From assembly GCA_000320545.1 (NCBI GenBank), contig ADNK01001197.1, forward strand, positions 240,175 to 304,174: DNA of 64,000 nucleotides. The letters run 5' to 3'. The stretch is from Bigelowiella natans CCMP2755 (taxonomy: Eukaryota; Protista; Cercozoa). The notes beneath the pieces are model-generated. The model saw nothing but the letters and a program-made list of their open reading frames with translations, ran no database searches and had not been told where the DNA came from. Positions within the stretch are counted from its first letter, which is position 1. Each line of letters opens with the position of its first letter. Below are positions 1-13,491 of this stretch, piece by piece. A program made the translations under genes and the position numbers.

Positions 1-89
1 TCAGATATTGTTGTAATATTTACTTTAATGTGGTGATTTCGACTGGTACTTCTACTGCTAACTAACGGATGACGATGATTTATGATAAA

Positions 90-790
90 TCTTAGAACAA
101 GAATACCGGCATAATTTGAACTTCATTCAAACATTGCAGCAAGTGTGCCTTCAGTTCTGGATCAATACTCTCTTTTTTCGCGGCTTTATCCATACCTATA
201 GAGGAGGGGGGGTAGTGTTGGGTCTTTATATTCCTTGATACCCTATTTTTTTTGGTTTAGCGATTATCTATCATACTTGCTCGGAAGATACTCCCAATAG
301 GCTCTGGTGTCATCTTTGGGCGGTTTTGAGGTGCGCTAAACAGAAAGATCAATTCTGTCATCACCATCCATCTTCAGGTAGAAGGAGGAATCACCTTTGG
401 ATATAGGGAAGATCTAGAATCGATAGCAGTGCTTCTAGTTTTTCTCCAAACAATTCTTTTGGTTGAATCTGACATTGTAGAATCAAAACCGAGTCGTCAT
501 CCACAAAGCATTCGTCGTACAAGGCAACACCTAACTACTACTCCAAGTATACTATTATTCGTAGTAGCACCGCAAGCAGTTTTCCATCAAGTTCTGCTTT
601 CTTAGCGAGCATTAGATCTGATGTGTGCTCTCTGAGAAGCATTGCTCCAGTCGAGGCTGGCAGCTTCTTCTCTTCGGAAGCTTTCGAGTCCCTCCCCTCA
701 GACATTGTTAAGGGGTTAGCGTTGAGTCCTCCTTCCTTTGCGCCGTTGTTCTATAGATACTTTGATCGGCTCTGTTTGCATCTTGTGCCT
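90..790 (-). CDS. Partial multi-exon hypothetical gene running off the left edge (boundaries approximate)
   Basis: Minus-strand AG...GT-bounded open segments read GVALYDECFVDDDSVLILQCQIQPKRIVW..., RTSKPPKDDTRAYWEYLPSK and GMDKAAKKESIDPELKAHLLQCLNEVQ. No family recognised. Confidence 0.35.
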
Positions 791-874
791 ACTAGTAGTA
801 CTACAAGTATGTGCATCAAAACAAAGCACGGATCAAGCATCTATCTCTCGAGAAACTCGAGAAACTAGTGATGC

Positions 875-1093
875 TTGTTGTTGGTGTTGTTGTTGTTTTT
901 GTCAGGAGTTGTTGTTGTTGTTATTGTTGTTGTTGTTGTCAGGAGTTGTTGTTGTTGTTATTGTTGTTGTTGTTATTGTTGTTGTTGTTGTCAGGAGTTG
1001 TTGTTGTTGTTATTGTTGTTATTGTTGTCAGGAGTTGTTGTTGTTGTTATTGTTGTTGTTGTTGTCAGGAGTTGTTGTTGTTGTTGTTGTTGA
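875..1093. repeat. Compound minisatellite: (GTT/ATT)n tracts punctuated by five GTCAGGAG anchors
   Basis: GTCAGGAG at ~901, 938, 990, 1027 and 1064, separated by variable-length (GTT)n. Confidence 0.9.
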
Positions 1094-1283
1094 TGAAGTA
1101 CTCGTTACTCCTTATCACCATCCGCTGTCAATACATTATCCGAGCAGGAGGAGGAGGAGAAGGAGCAAGAGCTCTTTAATTTACGACACTACAGCAACCA
1201 ATCTGCACATAGTAGTAGGTGCTGCTTTGTATACACTACTAAAACTCATCAGTACAACATCTTCCAAAGAATAACAAAGGATA

Positions 1284-1803
1284 ATGGAGAAAGGACTAAA
1301 ACAGCAGGTTGGTGTTCATCATCAGTGTGATTATCTCAACAATGATAATGGTGATGCTCCCTGACAGTATCAATCCTCAATAGTATTGCTGCTTCTTCTG
1401 CTGGCAATTTATGATGTTCTACCACCTACTCAGGAATCAAACTCATCAGCAGACCGCATAAAGCGGAAGGGGGGGCACATAACAAAAGTAGTGATTGAAT
1501 TGTTACTAATCTTTTTTATTAGCTATTTTCCCTTACATCTGTGAATAAGAAATACGTGCATGTATGATCTTGAGGGAAATTATAGGATCTATAATTTGTG
1601 TGAGCTTATTATTTATGATGTAGGACATGCTCGTCAAAGCTGCAAAAATGACACGTTCGAAGACCATTTCGGATGTGGAATACCTAAAGTTGTTACAGCT
1701 GTTGTTGGTGTTGGTGTTATTGTTATCGTCAGTCAGTCAGTCAGTCAGTTACTCAGAAGAGCGAGAAGTACCTAATAACAAGATAACATTAATAAATCCA
1801 TAT

Positions 1804-1847
<44 letters not shown>

Positions 1848-2117
1848 ATTCACGAGGGGGAAGCATTATTATCAACCCCTACTTCGCTTATCTCATCATC
1901 ATTCTTATCCTATCATAACTCTTCGGAGCATGTTGGCATTTCTGAGTAGGATTCTACTGCAAATCTATGGCGTTACATGATGATGATGATGTAATGATAA
2001 TTCGCAGAAAAATCACACATCTTCACCTAGCCGAAAAGAAAATATCAACGCTACAAAATGTACTAGTAGTAGTAGTAGTATATTGATACCTTATATAATT
2101 ATAGTATTATGTTTATC

Positions 2118-2153
<36 letters not shown>

Positions 2154-2559
2154 AGTAGTTGTAATACACATACAAGAGAACAACCTCTTTGCTATATGTA
2201 TTCGCAATTATTCAGAAATGCCAGGCACATAGAGTATAATGAAGGCATTTCTGAATAATTGCGAAACACACACATATCCACAAATAACCCAAATATTAAC
2301 TGTTTGTACACACGTCTCTCTTATTACATTGAATAATGAATAACATCATAATTGATAACAACAATCTACTGTGTATCTATTAGGCACCTTTCGAGCTATG
2401 CAGCAACCTTCGAGTCCTTTATCTGCACGATAATAATATTTCCAAGGTACTAGTATCATAACAACAACAACAACAACAATAACAACAACAACATATCAGT
2501 AATCATGTTGTAGTAGTTGTTGCGTACTCCTTACACGGGAAGGAAGGGGTTTATAATCT

Positions 2560-2593
<34 letters not shown>

Positions 2594-2801
2594 ACAATCA
2601 ACAAGTTGAATGTTGTTGAAGTAGTAGCATTCAATTGTTATGGTATTATTGTTGTTATTGTTGTTGTTGTTGTTGTTGTTGTTGACACGTCATTATTATA
2701 AGATGGTGGAACAACCACTGAAAATTCCGAAGGTTACTCATCTATATCTTCAAGTAAGAACATAATATAAATAACACTTGTATTGATTTCAAAAAAGGTA
2801 T

Positions 2802-2839
<38 letters not shown>

Positions 2840-3025
2840 GTTCTCCTACGATGATCCTTGTCGTTGTCGTTTATTCTCTTTCTCTTTCAACAACAATTTA
2901 TACGAGTGCTATTACTAATAATAATAATACTTACACACACACAAAGACACAGACACAGACACAGACACACACTACTATTCAATCTAAGAACGCCTACTAC
3001 CTTGAATTACATCATTCTTCTACAG

Positions 3026-3068
<43 letters not shown>

Positions 3069-3781
3069 TTGTAGAAGGGGGGAGGAGGGGACATGGTTGA
3101 TAATTGTGTGGTAGGTAGGTAGTAGAAGCACAATCAGTAGTTATACCTAATAATGTGTACTATGATGCCTGTTTCAAAGAACAACGAGGTAGATAAAGTA
3201 GAAGGACTTCAAAAGGCAGCATCTCTTTCTAAACTGTATGTAACTGCGTGCTGCTTAAAGGGGGGGGGGGGGGGGTAGAGAACAGATGCATGCATGCGCT
3301 ACTGACTACTACTAGCACTAAATAACAATATGATGATGGGTGCTGCTGCCTTGAATAATATATGAGTTGTACATACATGATGATGATGATGATGATGATG
3401 ATGATGTATACCTAACAACGCATACTACTGCTACTACTACTACTACTAATACTATGTTTCTGACCAACCTACGAAGAAGGAAAAGAAGAAGAAGAAAATA
3501 CCAAAATACCACCTATGTATGATGCTGCTGTGCCTTTAACTGCCAGAACAACCACCAATAGAAAACCAACCCACCAAATTTCGACTTTTTTTTATAGCAA
3601 TCAAAGGGGAACAAGAATCTCAACCCTTTGAAAGGAGTTTTTATCATTATTCCCCAGAGATGTGGGGGGGGGGGGGCTAATTTATCATTGTTTCATGATT
3701 ACCTCCTATTATTCGTTTGTCCTCTATTCTTCCAGCATGATTGTCATCGTTGTGTGATATTGCTTCTACACACCGATATTT

Positions 3782-3818
<37 letters not shown>

Positions 3819-3953
3819 GCTTGAGCATTGTAGTTCCTTGTCGGAGTTACATCTTTCTGACCAGAATCTTGAAGATGATTGTGGTAAGTAAGGGGAAGTG
3901 GACGAGGTGGAAGAGGAAATGTACATATTCATGTTATCATAATTAGGCGCTGC

Positions 3954-3985
<32 letters not shown>

Positions 3986-4318
3986 TTAACAGTAGTAGCT
4001 GATTGTGTTTGTTATTATTATTGTTGTTATTATTGTTATTATAACAATAACACAACAAAGTAGTAGTTTACCTTTGATGAAACTACTAATGATACTGCTG
4101 CTGGTGGTGATGATGATGATGACGATGAAGATGATGATGATGATAATACTGCTATTGCTAAATTTGGCTGCCCTATTTATAGTTTTGCCTCCTCCTCCTC
4201 TCTGTGTGTTACTCACCATGATGTTGATAGGAAAATCAAGCTGCATGGAGATTCCAGAGGCCTCCCTGAGAGCCATGTCGCGTACATTGACGACCCTTAC
4301 GGTGGCAAATGCAGGTAT

Positions 4319-4353
<35 letters not shown>

Positions 4354-4540
4354 TATTATAGTTATTGTTATCTTCCATGTGATAAGGTTGAGGAAAAGGT
4401 CAAGATTTGCAGACCTTATTAATAATAATAATAATAAAAATATTAATGATATTACGATTGGGGTTCCTCCTGTACTTATGCTAATCCTCATACTGTGGTG
4501 GGTGGGTAGTAGTCATTGTTTAAAAATTCGAAACGTAAGT

Positions 4541-4581
<41 letters not shown>

Positions 4582-5094
4582 AGGTATTACCACTTTAGAG
4601 CCATTTCTTTTATTGAATTCTCTGGAAAGACTTGATGCATCTCGAAACAAGCTTGATGACATTAAGGTGCTTACGATCATCATGATGTTCCTTCATCAAT
4701 TCCCCCACGCTAGTACGCTCTGTACACTTTTTTTGGTTTTGCAAATGCAGTAACACAAAGGAAGTGTGAAAATATATAATCTTATTTTATTCTTTGTAAA
4801 GATACTAGTACTACTAGTTTTATACATACATCTGGCCTCCTCTCCCAGGCTGATAACCAATATATGATGATGACTGGCACCATACGAAGAATCTAATGAT
4901 GATTTCCATCTGAGATCATAATCATTGACAGCCGATCAAATGACTCACAGCTGTCTCCGTCCTTCCTCTCCCTTTTGCTGTCGTTGTCGTGTTATTATTC
5001 ATTGTTATCATTGTTGGTTTGCAGAGTGTGTGCCGATATTTGGACGGAGCTGTACGCCTTTCCATTCTAGACTTAAGGGGTTAGTAACTAAAGC

Positions 5095-5136
<42 letters not shown>

Positions 5137-5743
5137 TATTTAACAGCACCAGCAGCAGCGATAGTGTTGCTGATTGACTAGTTGTTGTTCCACTAGCTGT
5201 CAGACATTATCCATCACCACAACAATAGTTGAAGAAGAAGAAGAAGAAGAATAAACCCATCATCATTTACTACTACTACTGCCACTACTACTACTACTAA
5301 TAATAATAATAATAATAATAATAATACAAAGGTAACCCGATTTGTAAGGCTCGTAAATATCGTGAAATGCTTGTCATAAGCTCACATATAGGTACAACGA
5401 CTGCTCGATTTTACTACATGCTATTTGATGACAAACGAGCACATCGTATTGACAGAAAATCTGGATGGTAAAGACATCTTGGATCAAGAAAGACAATTTC
5501 TGATAGCAATGAAGGCAAAAAGGGGGGGCAAAAAGGTGGTTGTAATTAATTCTGCAGCATCATGCATGCATGCTTCGCTAAACGGTGTTTTGTTCTCCCT
5601 TTAGGCAAGCAGCAAGAAACATAACGAAAACTCAAAGGTTGTTTTGATTCTTATATTTTACATCGGTTATATCATATGTGTTTGTGTGTGTGTGTGTGAT
5701 TTAGCAGCAGAAACCAATGTTCCAAATCGGCAAAAAATCATGA
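1284..5743 (+). CDS. PPP1R42: Protein phosphatase 1 regulatory subunit 42-like (LRRC67/TLRR) SDS22-type leucine-rich-repeat protein, >12 exons
   Basis: Spliced exons read MEKGLKQQ / DMLVKAAKMTRSKTISDVEYLK / KITHLHLAEKKISTLQN / APFELCSNLRVLYLHDNNISK / KVTHLYLQ / NNEVDKVEGLQKAASLSKL / GLEHCSSLSELHLSDQNL / LNSLERLDASRNKLDDIK / LSILDLR-GNPICKARKYREMLVISS / NLDGKDILDQERQFL. Order and motifs (KITH, LYLxDN, GNPxC..KYR, LDGK..ERQFL) match PPP1R42 from recall. At least one internal exon was not located. Confidence 0.8.
2201..2265. other. Perfect 22-bp inverted repeat with 21-nt loop inside a PPP1R42 intron
   Basis: TTCGCAATTATTCAGAAATGCC (2201-2222) is the exact reverse complement of GGCATTTCTGAATAATTGCGAA (2244-2265). 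Confidence 0.9.
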
Positions 5744-5879
5744 TTTCCTGCTGTACTTCGGAAGAGAGGGCTTATGTCGCATCCTAGTTTATTCCTCGAA
5801 TGGTCATAGTTTTGGTGAGGTTGTTCACGGCTTAAGTCGTATTATGCATTGATGATGAGATTGACGACGCAGTGTGATC

Positions 5880-6670
5880 AAAACTGAGCATGCAAAAAAT
5901 AATGCAATTCTAAAATTTGATACATGCTAGCATGTGTGCCTAGTGTAACAATAATAATCAATCAATCAATCTATCAATCAATCACACAACTGCATCTAAC
6001 CATGCATGAGCATAGATGCGCAATCTAGCAATAATGCATCGCATGTGGTCATGCTAGCATGTCTGGATATTTGCAGCCGGCTGATGAATGCTAGCGTGTC
6101 CCGCTCCATGAATCCCATGCTAGCATGCGGCTACGAAACAAGAGCAAGTTCATAACTGTAGGTGCATCAGTGGTAAGAAGACTGCTGTGATGCTGTGTCT
6201 CTGTGCACATATAACTGCTATAGCAGATGCTTCCGAACGACAGCGTGCATGCTATGTGTTAGTCACCGTGTGCAGCATTGCTAGATTGCTCATTAAAAGA
6301 TGTAGCAAATGATACGTGTAGAAGACAAGCACATCTAGACATGCTATGCGCCTTCGATTGTGCAGCTGACATATTGTGTCGTATGATATACGTAAATAGA
6401 AATAAATAAACAAAAACCATGCACACTTTTTATCTGCTATGCATGGGATCGTAATTGGCAGCTGTCGTCTAGCTGTACGTAGCTGTGGGGCGATAGTGAT
6501 ATATACGATGCCCGGCACATCATTAGCAATAACAACTAGACAATACATGCCAGGCGCAGGCTGCCGCGACACTATGGGTGCAATACATAGCATGCATGCG
6601 TTTTCGGAATTATTTAACATAATAATACGAGAAATCTTACAAATAATCTTTCGCGTAGCATAGCCGGTAG
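5880..6670. other. TpA-depleted, CATG/TGCA/CTAG-rich intergenic block A (decayed repeat-like DNA; partially depleted)
   Basis: Dense GCATGC/GCTAGC words and loss of microsatellites. Lies between the 3' ends of PPP1R42 (+) and ARP8 (-). Carries an inverted GCAATCTAGCAAT / ATTGCTAGATTGC pair at ~6020 and ~6277. Confidence 0.6.
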
Positions 6671-6746
6671 TAGGCAGACACGTAGTTGTTTATTTTAGGA
6701 AAGGAGTGCATTGTTGAATTTCATGCTGAAAATAAAGTGATACATC

Positions 6747-6779
<33 letters not shown>

Positions 6780-6792
6780 GTCATCATCATCT

Positions 6793-7138
6793 TTATATTG
6801 GGAACGGAGCGTACTCCCTGAGAATAGATATTCCACGGGAAACGTAGGCGTTTTTTTCAATAACCTAAGGATGAGTGAAAAGAAGCCATTGTTTTTTAAT
6901 TTGCTGGTGTATGTATGCCTCTTTTGTTATTATTATTCATATTTAATTACAGAGTAGTAAGTAAGTAAATAAGTAAAAACCATCAATCACCTGGTCTCGG
7001 ATTGTGTCTCCTAGAGATAAACTATAAGCTCCTTTCCAGCTTAAGTTCTTTGTCCTTCCAAATTTAGGAATGCTGACATTCACCTTAGAAGAAGATGAAT
7101 AGCATGAATTATACTGATAATACCAATATCCAAATATT

Positions 7139-7173
<35 letters not shown>

Positions 7174-7308
7174 GCTGCTACCTTATTTGCGCCTGGGATT
7201 TTGTATGGAAGAGAAGCTACAAGCTCTTCTTCTAGTGCATCAGACAGCCCTTTCATCATCGCTGATCCACCCACTAGCAACACCTACATAGTAGTACCAC
7301 ATGTAGTC

Positions 7309-7342
<34 letters not shown>

Positions 7343-7642
7343 AACGTGTCTGCTTGGTGTGCGTGCTCAATGGTGTGTATTATTATTGTGTGGGAATAGT
7401 AGTAGCAGTATTGTTAGTGATTACATGCTTGGCCATCTTAGCTCTAAGCTCCGGTGTTGGTAGTGCGAGGATAGATTGAATGATTCCTTCGTGGATGGGC
7501 ATTCTGGAATCTCTCTTGGAAGGATCGATGTAAAACTTACCGAATGGCGACAACAAAGAGGAGGAGGAGGAGGAGGAGGAGGAGGAGGAGGAGGGAGTAG
7601 TGCTGGTAGGGGCACCAACTGTAGGCGCAGCAGCGGCAAGTT

Positions 7643-7673
<31 letters not shown>

Positions 7674-8123
7674 AGATGGGAAATTAGCAGGTGCTTTAGA
7701 GGAGAATGAGGACGACTTCGAGGTAGTGTTATTGGAGAGCACTCCTATTCCTCCAGAAGAAGATTTATGATGATGATGATGATTTCCACCACTACTACTA
7801 CTACTACCACCACCCCCTTTTGATGTAGTAGATGTTGATGATGATGCCTAATATATATCCACACATAGATAGATAGATAGATAGATAGATACATCATACG
7901 ATTTTAAGCAGGAGCGCAGCAGTAACAACAACAACAACAACAACAATTTATACGTAGATGAGTTAGTAATGTTGAATGAAGTCTCGAGTAATTCTACACC
8001 ACCTTTTTTGTTAAATCAGCATGATCGAGTCCTTTTTGTTTTGCCTTTTAGAAAATTGTATTATTTGAATGATTTGCGGTTGATGTTATGTTAGTATTAT
8101 GCATCTACTAGTAGTGTTAGTGT

Positions 8124-8156
<33 letters not shown>

Positions 8157-8989
8157 CTCCATCGTGTACTTATAATAGCCAGAATTCTTGAGGAACAAAT
8201 CTGCAAAAGGGTCTATGATACATCCTCCTAAGTGAAAACAAGTAACTGATCGATTTATGATGATAATGAGAACTAACGCAGTATTATTGTTTGTATGTAG
8301 TATTAGTACTAGAGGGTTGTTGGTTGGTTGTTCCAAAGAAGATGTATGTATGTATGTATGTATCAGTATGTATGCATTACTACCAATATCAGGTGCTGAA
8401 ACACGATCATACGGCTTTCTTTCCATAAATAACATGGGTTGGAAGAAGGCACGAGGTGCTATTAATGCTGCACTACTCATATTAAATCGATGAAGAAGGG
8501 TCATATCTTTGTCAACTTTCATTTGCAGAATCTAAAAATAGACATACGATTCATTTATTCAATGATGCAGAAGATTTGTACATGCAAACTGACGATAATA
8601 ATAATAATAATGATGATGATGATGATGATTCGTCGTCAACAATATGCATGCATTTGTTCCACTGGGTGTATGTCGTCGTCATCATCGTCATCAAATATTA
8701 GTCCTCATCATCATGCCGAATGCTGAATGTTGTCCATTGCTACGTCTCCTCCTGCTCCTCCTCCTCCTCCTCCTATTAGCCTGGCTGCTGCTGCTGCTGC
8801 TGGTGGTGGTGGTGGTACCTGGCAATCCTGCACAGGAAGCTTCATTCCTATGTCTGACAACAGACAATGCTTTTCCTTCACTGCTCGAATCTAATTCAAT
8901 TATCAACCAACATTAGTTGTTGATAAATATGCATCATTCATTCACCCATTCATTCATTCCGCGACCCCCCGCTACACAATGTGTGTGTA

Positions 8990-9024
<35 letters not shown>

Positions 9025-9727
9025 TGTTGCGGTAATTTTGAAGCAACACCAACCACCTGCGATGCTAGTGGAGGATACTTAGACAAATCAAGATTATCAT
9101 CATCTTTGAGCGGGAAGTGATGTTGCTCATCAGTCTTCAGCAGCCAAGCTAATGTCTAAAAGATAGTAGTAGTAGTAGTAGTAGTAGTAGTAGAGAACGA
9201 TAACGACAACGACGACGACGGTGACGCATGGATAGAATTATCATTCACAATAATCTGACTTTCATCAGCGTTTTCTTATTATTTATTACGATATTATCAT
9301 GTGTCGAGATGATGATGATGATGATGATGATGACGATGATGATGATGCAACATGTTTACTACTACTACCACTACTACTACGGCATAGCACCACCTCGTCG
9401 ATGTCGTTGCCTCCATAATCAAGTGATACTTCCGTTCTTGGTACAATAGTACCTTTATATATAATGCAGTGTGTGGTTTGTTGCACCAGCTAAAATAATG
9501 ATAATAATAATAATAATAATAATAATATGGCATCATGAAAAAACCCATCGTGTTGGTTGTTGTTGCTGTTTAGGTGGATTTGATTATGGACATCAAGTGT
9601 TCTTTGTAGCTGTCAATAATGTACTACTCGTAGGTTCTTACATACCATCTACAACACAACTGATGTGTGTTTTTCCAGCACCAATATCAACAGCACAAGC
9701 AGGATGAAACCTGAGTAGAAGTAACAT

Positions 9728-9759
<32 letters not shown>

Positions 9760-9894
9760 CCCAGAATGGGGCGTGCATCATCTGATCTCATCTGATCTCA
9801 TCTGATCTCATCATCGTGGTGAGTTAGCGGCGCCTTGCAGCAAAGCATCTGTGGATCATTGCATCGCATCACAAATATCATCACGCACACACAC

Positions 9895-9932
<38 letters not shown>

Positions 9933-10799
9933 ATACACGTGTGGGCTGTCATTTTCCTCTTCTTTTCATCCATTCATCTTCCCGTGTGTGTGTGTGTGTG
10001 TGTGCGCACGCTTGCGCTTGGTCAAACAAGTACAATGTACTCGGTTAAATGATGATGGTCATAATGTGTCCCTTCTCTCTCTCTCTCTTTTTCTTTGCTT
10101 CACTTCATAATGTGTCCTTTCTCTCTCTCTCTTTCTTTGCTTTACTTCATATTAATACCCCAGCTCCAAAGCAAGAAAGTACTGCTTCATTGTGTAGAGA
10201 AATCTGTTTCCATCAATAATATCACTATCACAACAACTTCATCATCATATCTGCAAGTACTAGCAAGCGTTTGTACTACTAGTACTACTACTACTACTAC
10301 TTCCATTACTACTAGTAGCACCTTTTCAAAACTCAGATCCTTAAGAAGTACATCGAGAAGCAACGAAACTTCCTTGAGATTAAAACGAGATGGAATTCCT
10401 GAATCAAAAGAAGAAACCATCGTTATCAAAGGCATAAACTAATCAAAATGATAATATTACCACTAAATTATCATCAATCGATGAAATCACTACTTCTAGT
10501 TGTGCTACTACCCAAAATTAAGACATATGACTTCCACTGATCTTGGCGAACCTAAGGATTATTATTATTAGTAGTAGTAGTAGTAGCAGTTGTCACACCC
10601 ACACACTGTGGTAGTAGTCACAGATGATGATGCATATCACCACCACCACCACCAGCAAATTGAGATAATTGTTCAAAGAATAATCGTTGCCATTTCTTTT
10701 CCCACTACTAAGGCTTAGTTATCACCCGGAGTTTTTCCTCTATGCTATACTTGAACAAATGGCAAAATGCATCTCGAACAGACTAAGAAATTATAAATA

Positions 10800-10840
<41 letters not shown>

Positions 10841-11006
10841 ATATGTGTATATATAATTTATAATTGTGTGCTTCGTGGGCATGAGAAACATGTCAAATGC
10901 TGCTGTCTGTCTGTCGTATTAAACTCAACGGATGATACATATCAATCCACAACATGTACTATACCACTATCAATAAACCAAACGCAGTTAGCATAGTAAA
11001 CAAATA

Positions 11007-11038
<32 letters not shown>

Positions 11039-12638
11039 AAACAAAAATTATCATTAAATTAGTAGCACTGTAATCGGCTCTCATCATATCGTTGATAACC
11101 CTACTAACGTACCAAACCACCTCTCAACAGCAACTAAGTACATACAGCCCCACCTGGATAGAATGTCCACCAGATACGTTACAAACTCCTCTAACTATAG
11201 GTCGGTACCTGATAAAGATGATAATAGTGATGATGATGATGATGATGATGCAGGTTCAGTGTTAACTTCTTCAATATGGGTGCTACTACATACAGAATGT
11301 AGTCTTTATCCAGATTTGCCAATCTGAGAGCTTCCTCACCTAAAACTGAAATAGAAACATTATATTCCTTCAAGTCATGTACTATTAGATATTGCTTAGA
11401 GTGAGTAAATTTCGACCAACAGAATCCTTTCCTTGGCTCCAAAACCTACGATTCAAGAAATATGATGATGATGATGATGATGATGATGATGCTGGTGATG
11501 GTGATGATAATGTTAATGTCATCTCTCCCCTTTTCTGGATTATTCCTAGTCCTCCTCCATACCTGGAATCTTTAGGTAAAGTTGTCGTGCAGTTTCGATG
11601 GTCGTAGACTTCTCCATCTGGCACCTAAGAATATAAATAGTTATAGTTGCAAATTCATCCCTCCTCCTCCTCCTCCTCCTCCTCCTCCTCCTCCTCCTCC
11701 TCCTCCCCTTCTTCCTCCTCTCGGTAGCATCATCACCATCACCTTGTGCCTCTTCTGGAGATCCTTTTCTAGCGTTCTTCTCACCTGTCACGTAGATGTA
11801 GAAGAACAAATAACATCATTATAACGACGAAAGAGGGGTGTCTCCTAATATGATTATTCTTTACACCTCTTCGCGCTTCCTTTTACGATTGACAGTTGCC
11901 TCCTCCTGCTTTTGCGGTAACAATGACGAAGAATAATCTGTTTTGTTGGTTGTTATTTCCATATCCGAATTTCTTGATGTTCTTTTGAATGCCACACAGC
12001 ATGGTACTTCAATCGGCTCCTACGATCACACTATTACATCAGTGATAACTTACCGCCTTGCGATTGATTTATACCTTCATATCAATGTCTGTTCGGCCTA
12101 TTCGTACGCAAGAAGAACCTACACCAAACAATGTTGGTAAGGTAACAAGATTCGAGACGTGAGGCTGAATCATTTGTTTGTACCAATGGTTATCACGATA
12201 CAGGGTTCCTTCTGATTTATATCCTATTTTTCGACAAAATAGATCAATATACCAATAAAAGCGTCATTACATCCGTAACCTACGACCTTTAAATCGTTAT
12301 CGCTTTCTGTTTCGTCGTTATCATTACTCGACTTTTGCAAGTGTTGATGTTGGTGATCTGCTGAGAACTTGCTGCTTGGGACTGATGATCGTTTCTAAGG
12401 ATGTAATAAAGTATTGTCAAACTTCGTCTAAGAATGCTTCATTTATAACCACCTTATTTTTTTTCTTGGTCTTCTCCTTCTTGTTCTTGTTCTCACTTTT
12501 GCTGTCGGAGATGGGCACAGTGCTGGCACCCTGCTGCTTTTCGTGCTTCCTTTTTTTCTTCTTCAGTCCAACTGTGGGTGAAGATGATACATCGTTGATT
12601 CCGTTCCGCTCTTTAGTTGTTGCTTCTATGGTAGACAT
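6793..12638 (-). CDS. ARP8: Actin-related protein 8 (INO80 complex), multi-exon
   Basis: Lys-rich first exon, then KEPCIVITI-GSSCVRIGRTD, EPIEVPCCVAF, VLGEEALRL, GIPSRFNLKEVSLLLDVLLKDLSF, ISLHNEAVLSCFGAG, ACAVDIGAGKTHISCVVDG, LDYGGNDID, LAWLLK..HFP, LLVGGSAMMKGL, LSWKGA and terminal GISILREYAPFPI*. This is an actin fold with ARP8-type ends. Confidence 0.85.
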
Positions 12639-12734
12639 TGTTGTTGTCCTCCCTACTAAACTGTGCGCAGCTCCCCCTCCTTCATTCCACCAGTTATTAG
12701 TTATGAGTTCAGAACGAAATGACGCGAATGAAAG

Positions 12735-12848
12735 GTGTGTTTTTAGGTGATATCACCAAAACAATACCTAAGTGAATGTGTGTTTTTAGGTGATATCACC
12801 GAAACAATACTTAAGTGAATGTGTGTTTTAGGTGATATCACTGAAACA
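12735..12848. repeat. ~43-bp tandem repeat (2.6 copies), each unit centred on palindrome GGTGATATCACC, in the divergent ARP8/Myb gap
   Basis: GTGTGTTTTTAGGTGATATCACC(A/G)AAACAATAC(C/T)TAAGTGAAT repeated. The third core reads GGTGATATCACT. Confidence 0.9.
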
Positions 12849-12899
12849 GTGTTGCGTAGTATGCTCGGTGGGTTATTAGAATACCTGGTGGTCGTCGCA

Positions 12900-13459
12900 A
12901 CCATCATACTCATAGATGAGCATTTTCTCTATGTCGCTTGTAAGTAATTCCTGGTTTGCCATTGATAACTGTACTTACTAATCGAGCATTTGAATCTTAA
13001 TTGACACGAACACAGGTGCCTCCCCCTTCATTCACCCCTTTCTTTCAGCCTCCACAATTAGGAGTGAGTTTGTTTTGAAGATAAATAATCTATGCTCTTC
13101 ATATGTGAGCATACAATGGTCTACTATCAAGTAAAAGAGTTTTTCTAAACACAAATATGAAGGGTGGTTGTCATCGTACAAGACTTTCGACGAAATCGCA
13201 GGCAGTGTGTATATTATGATGGAATAGTGGATTCAAGCAATTAATCCTATCAAGTTAATTGTTCTCACACGTGTCGTCTACAAAACATCCACTACCAACG
13301 GTACCATTGTTGTCAAAAAATCTTGATACTTCTACAATGCATAAGAATGATTATGTTGTTTCACAGCGTAGTCGTAAACGAATAAGCAAGCAGATGTCTG
13401 TGAAGAATACAAGGTAACTGTGTGCTCGCACAAATGAACGAGCAGGTTATAACAAAATG

Positions 13460-13491
<32 letters not shown>

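Noticed and set aside
738-1274. Many 60-180-aa ORFs with poly-V/L/C/S/H/M runs here and throughout the window
   Set aside because: They are stop-free readings of trinucleotide and dinucleotide microsatellites, mostly intronic or antisense to real exons.
1900-1980. Possible H/ACA RNA or UUCG stem-loop in an intron
   Set aside because: Weak stem, with no H box or second hairpin.
4861-4915. Possible intronic C/D snoRNA (ATGATGA...CTGA, with a 9-nt match to 18S UGGUGCCAG)
   Set aside because: Too short, the guide is imperfect and not positioned before a clear D/D' box, and TGATGA is ubiquitous here as a microsatellite.
12735-12848. Palindromic repeats resembling a CRISPR array
   Set aside because: The intervening sequences are copies of each other rather than unique spacers, the context is eukaryotic, and there are no cas genes.
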